Part shown: piece after piece, positions 61,960 to 64,000 of the stretch
How the letters are laid out: every line of letters starts with the position of its first letter
Numbering within the stretch: the stretch's first letter is position 1
Assembly (NCBI GenBank): GCA_964016885.1
Contig: OZ024744.1
Location: 55,490,001-55,554,000 of the forward strand
Length of the DNA stretch: 64,000 bases
From: Eledone cirrhosa
Taxonomy: Eukaryota
Direction: 5' to 3'
The notes under the pieces: generated by a model
What the model saw: only the letters and a program-made list of their open reading frames with translations
Databases searched by the model: none
Told to the model about the DNA's origin: nothing
Made by a program: the position numbers and the translations under genes

Positions 61960-62900
61960 CATACAAAAAGCGTTCATCAATCAAAATATATCCCAACATG
62001 TTCTATTTTCTGTTGCCATTGTTGTACCAGAAGCTCTATTCCAAGCTTATACCATTTGGTTGGTTTAGAAGGAAAAAAACTCCTTACACCTGTTTTCCAC
62101 ATTGTTGAACTTCTGCACAGGAAATGAGCTATGGCTTGGAAAAGGTAGTAGTAACCTGATAGTGCAAGGTCTGGATGGTAGGCAGGGTGAAGCAGCACTT
62201 CCAACCCTCAACTTCCTTAAGTTTGTGCTGTAATAGTGTGTGTCTTCAATTGATCAGTGCTGGGTCGCAAGCTTTCAAAGCATCATATACTTGTTGTAGT
62301 TGTACATAAAGGTCAGCATCCACAGTATGACCATCTGGGTCAAACACAAAGTGGAACACAACCTTGAAAAAAACACACATGACCTACTGTTCATATCTCT
62401 CTATTTGACAGCAGGTTCTGAAGCCTGACCAGAACAAAGCCATCGATTTCTCTCATTAGAATTATGAAAATAGATCCATTTTTCATCCCCCGTTTGAATT
62501 TGACGCCAAGCAAAATGTTCACACATCGTTGAGCCTGGTCATTCGTCATTTCATGAGGTACTTCTGTTCACAAAGCTGAGCTTATGGAAATGTCAATTGA
62601 TGGTGTTTTGTGAAAGAACAAGTTCTACTGACTATGTATGCGTGCTTGTGCTTGGTTGTTGTTTAACCATTTCAAGCAAGGTTTCATCTTTTACAACAGA
62701 AGGTCTCTCTGACCTTAGTTTGTCTTCGAGGCTGGTGTTGCCTTCTTTGAAACACCTGAACCATACATTTGTTGACTGTTCCTGGGCCTTCTGCAAAGTT
62801 TAATTTCTTTTGCTGCTTCCCTTGTACTCAGTCCTGTTTTTCTACAGGTAGCGTAAAATGGCTCTAATTGCAATTTTTTCACCACTCATTGTCAAAGTTG
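61960..62900 (-). pseudogene. Decayed mariner (Tc1/mariner) transposase
   Basis: HPAYHPDLALSGYY (YSPDLAPxD motif), GDEKWIY, and W..CFKEGNTSLEDKLRSERP (HTH/GRP linker), with stops and frameshifts. Confidence 0.85.
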
Positions 62901-63433
62901 TAAAATAAATAATAAACAGTTAATGTTTGTTATATATGAAAATATAGAATGAATAACTCAGCAACGATTGGACAACAAATTTATCAAATTAATGATATAA
63001 CATGGAGATATCAGTGAAAATCAAAAAAAAAATTTCACTCAACCTGCTGTACGTGTTGCATGTGTAGATTGTTGACAGCATCGCTGAATGACTAAGAAGT
63101 TTGCTTTGCAATCATTAGATACTGGGTTTGATTCTATAGTATGGCATCTTGGGAAAGTGTCATTGACCATAGTCTTGGTTTGACCCAATGTCTTGTGAGT
63201 GAAATTGAGTAGATGTAAACTGTTTGCAAGAGCATTTGATGATGGACTGTACCTGTAAATCAAAGGGTTAGTCTTGACATAGTGTTTTGCTGAGTCTCTT
63301 AGAATTGTGTTAAGGGCGCATATGTCTAGGGACTGCTCAGCCACATTTCATGAGCCAGCTGTTCCATTAATTGAACTGGAATACTCATCTTTGAAACTGA
63401 CAGAGAACCATTCATTCATGCATGTATATATGA

Positions 63434-63760
63434 AGGCATGTAGTTTAGTTGTTAGGGTGCTCAGCTCATGACCATAGGATCATGGTTTCAATTCCCAGTG
63501 CTGTTTTGCACATTTGAGCAACACACTTTATTTCATGTTGCTCCAGTCCACTCAGGTGGCAAAAATGAGTAGTAAATGTAATTCAAAAGGCCAGCCTTGC
63601 CACCCCCTGCGCCATGAGAACTATGTTAAGAGTACATGTCTGTGGACTGCTCAGCCACATATTAATTTCATGAGCGGGCTGTTTCCCTTGATTGCATCAA
63701 TTGTAACATTCTTCATTGGATTTGATAGAGGTCTAATACCATGTATGTGCGTGGGAGGGA
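63434..63760 (+). mobile_element. tRNA-derived CORE-like SINE (a second remnant lies at 63085-63410)
   Basis: tagtttagttgttagg A-box-like, ggtttcaattccc B-box-like, then ttgagcaacacactttatttcatgttgctccagtccactcag. Confidence 0.7.
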
Positions 63761-64000
63761 ACAGGATGTAATAAAATAGTGGTAAAATTATGTGTATTTG
63801 GTAACTGCCATTACTAATGTTAGTGTAGAAATTTCTCAGGTGCAATAGAAGACTAATGATAATTAGTCTTAGTCTCTTAGGGTAGGAACCATTTGTGATG
63901 TAATATAAACTAACCTCCTCATCATTAAGCAGGTATGTGGAACATAATTTAGCAAAGGTTCTTATAAAAAAAAATTAGAGGAAGACCACGAAAAACATGG

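Overview
AT-rich, repeat-dominated eukaryotic DNA. The SINE families and the huge (TA)n tracts are consistent with an octopus/cephalopod genome (inference). About 26 kb (17.05-43.35 kb) is a compound (TA)n/(TG)/(CA) microsatellite with a 200-N gap, so nearly all Y/I-rich ORFs in the track are artefacts. The most interesting part is the first 9 kb. A 5'-truncated but stop-free Penelope-like element (RT thumb, CxCx5C, GIY-YIG; minus strand, missed by the ORF track) sits beside about 10 type I hammerhead ribozyme (HHR) motifs in at least 4 repeat families. These include a 466-bp unit with an inverted copy and a ~430-bp tandem array (retrozyme/pseudo-LTR-like); both units carry a shared octamer(ATGCAAAT) + TATA module upstream of the ribozyme. 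Other content: an intronless 259-aa ORF with an EB1 C-terminal-like domain and a decayed tandem copy; CRE-, RTE- and CR1/Jockey-type non-LTR fragments; a nearly intact APE+RT LINE whose ORF1/ORF2 junction has a G_GGA_AAC -1 slippery site; two bipartite RTE-derived elements; MITEs; tRNA-derived SINEs; a mariner pseudogene; and two candidate 5' exons of a host gene. All calls were made by eye, with no database searches. Boundaries of degenerate repeats are approximate.
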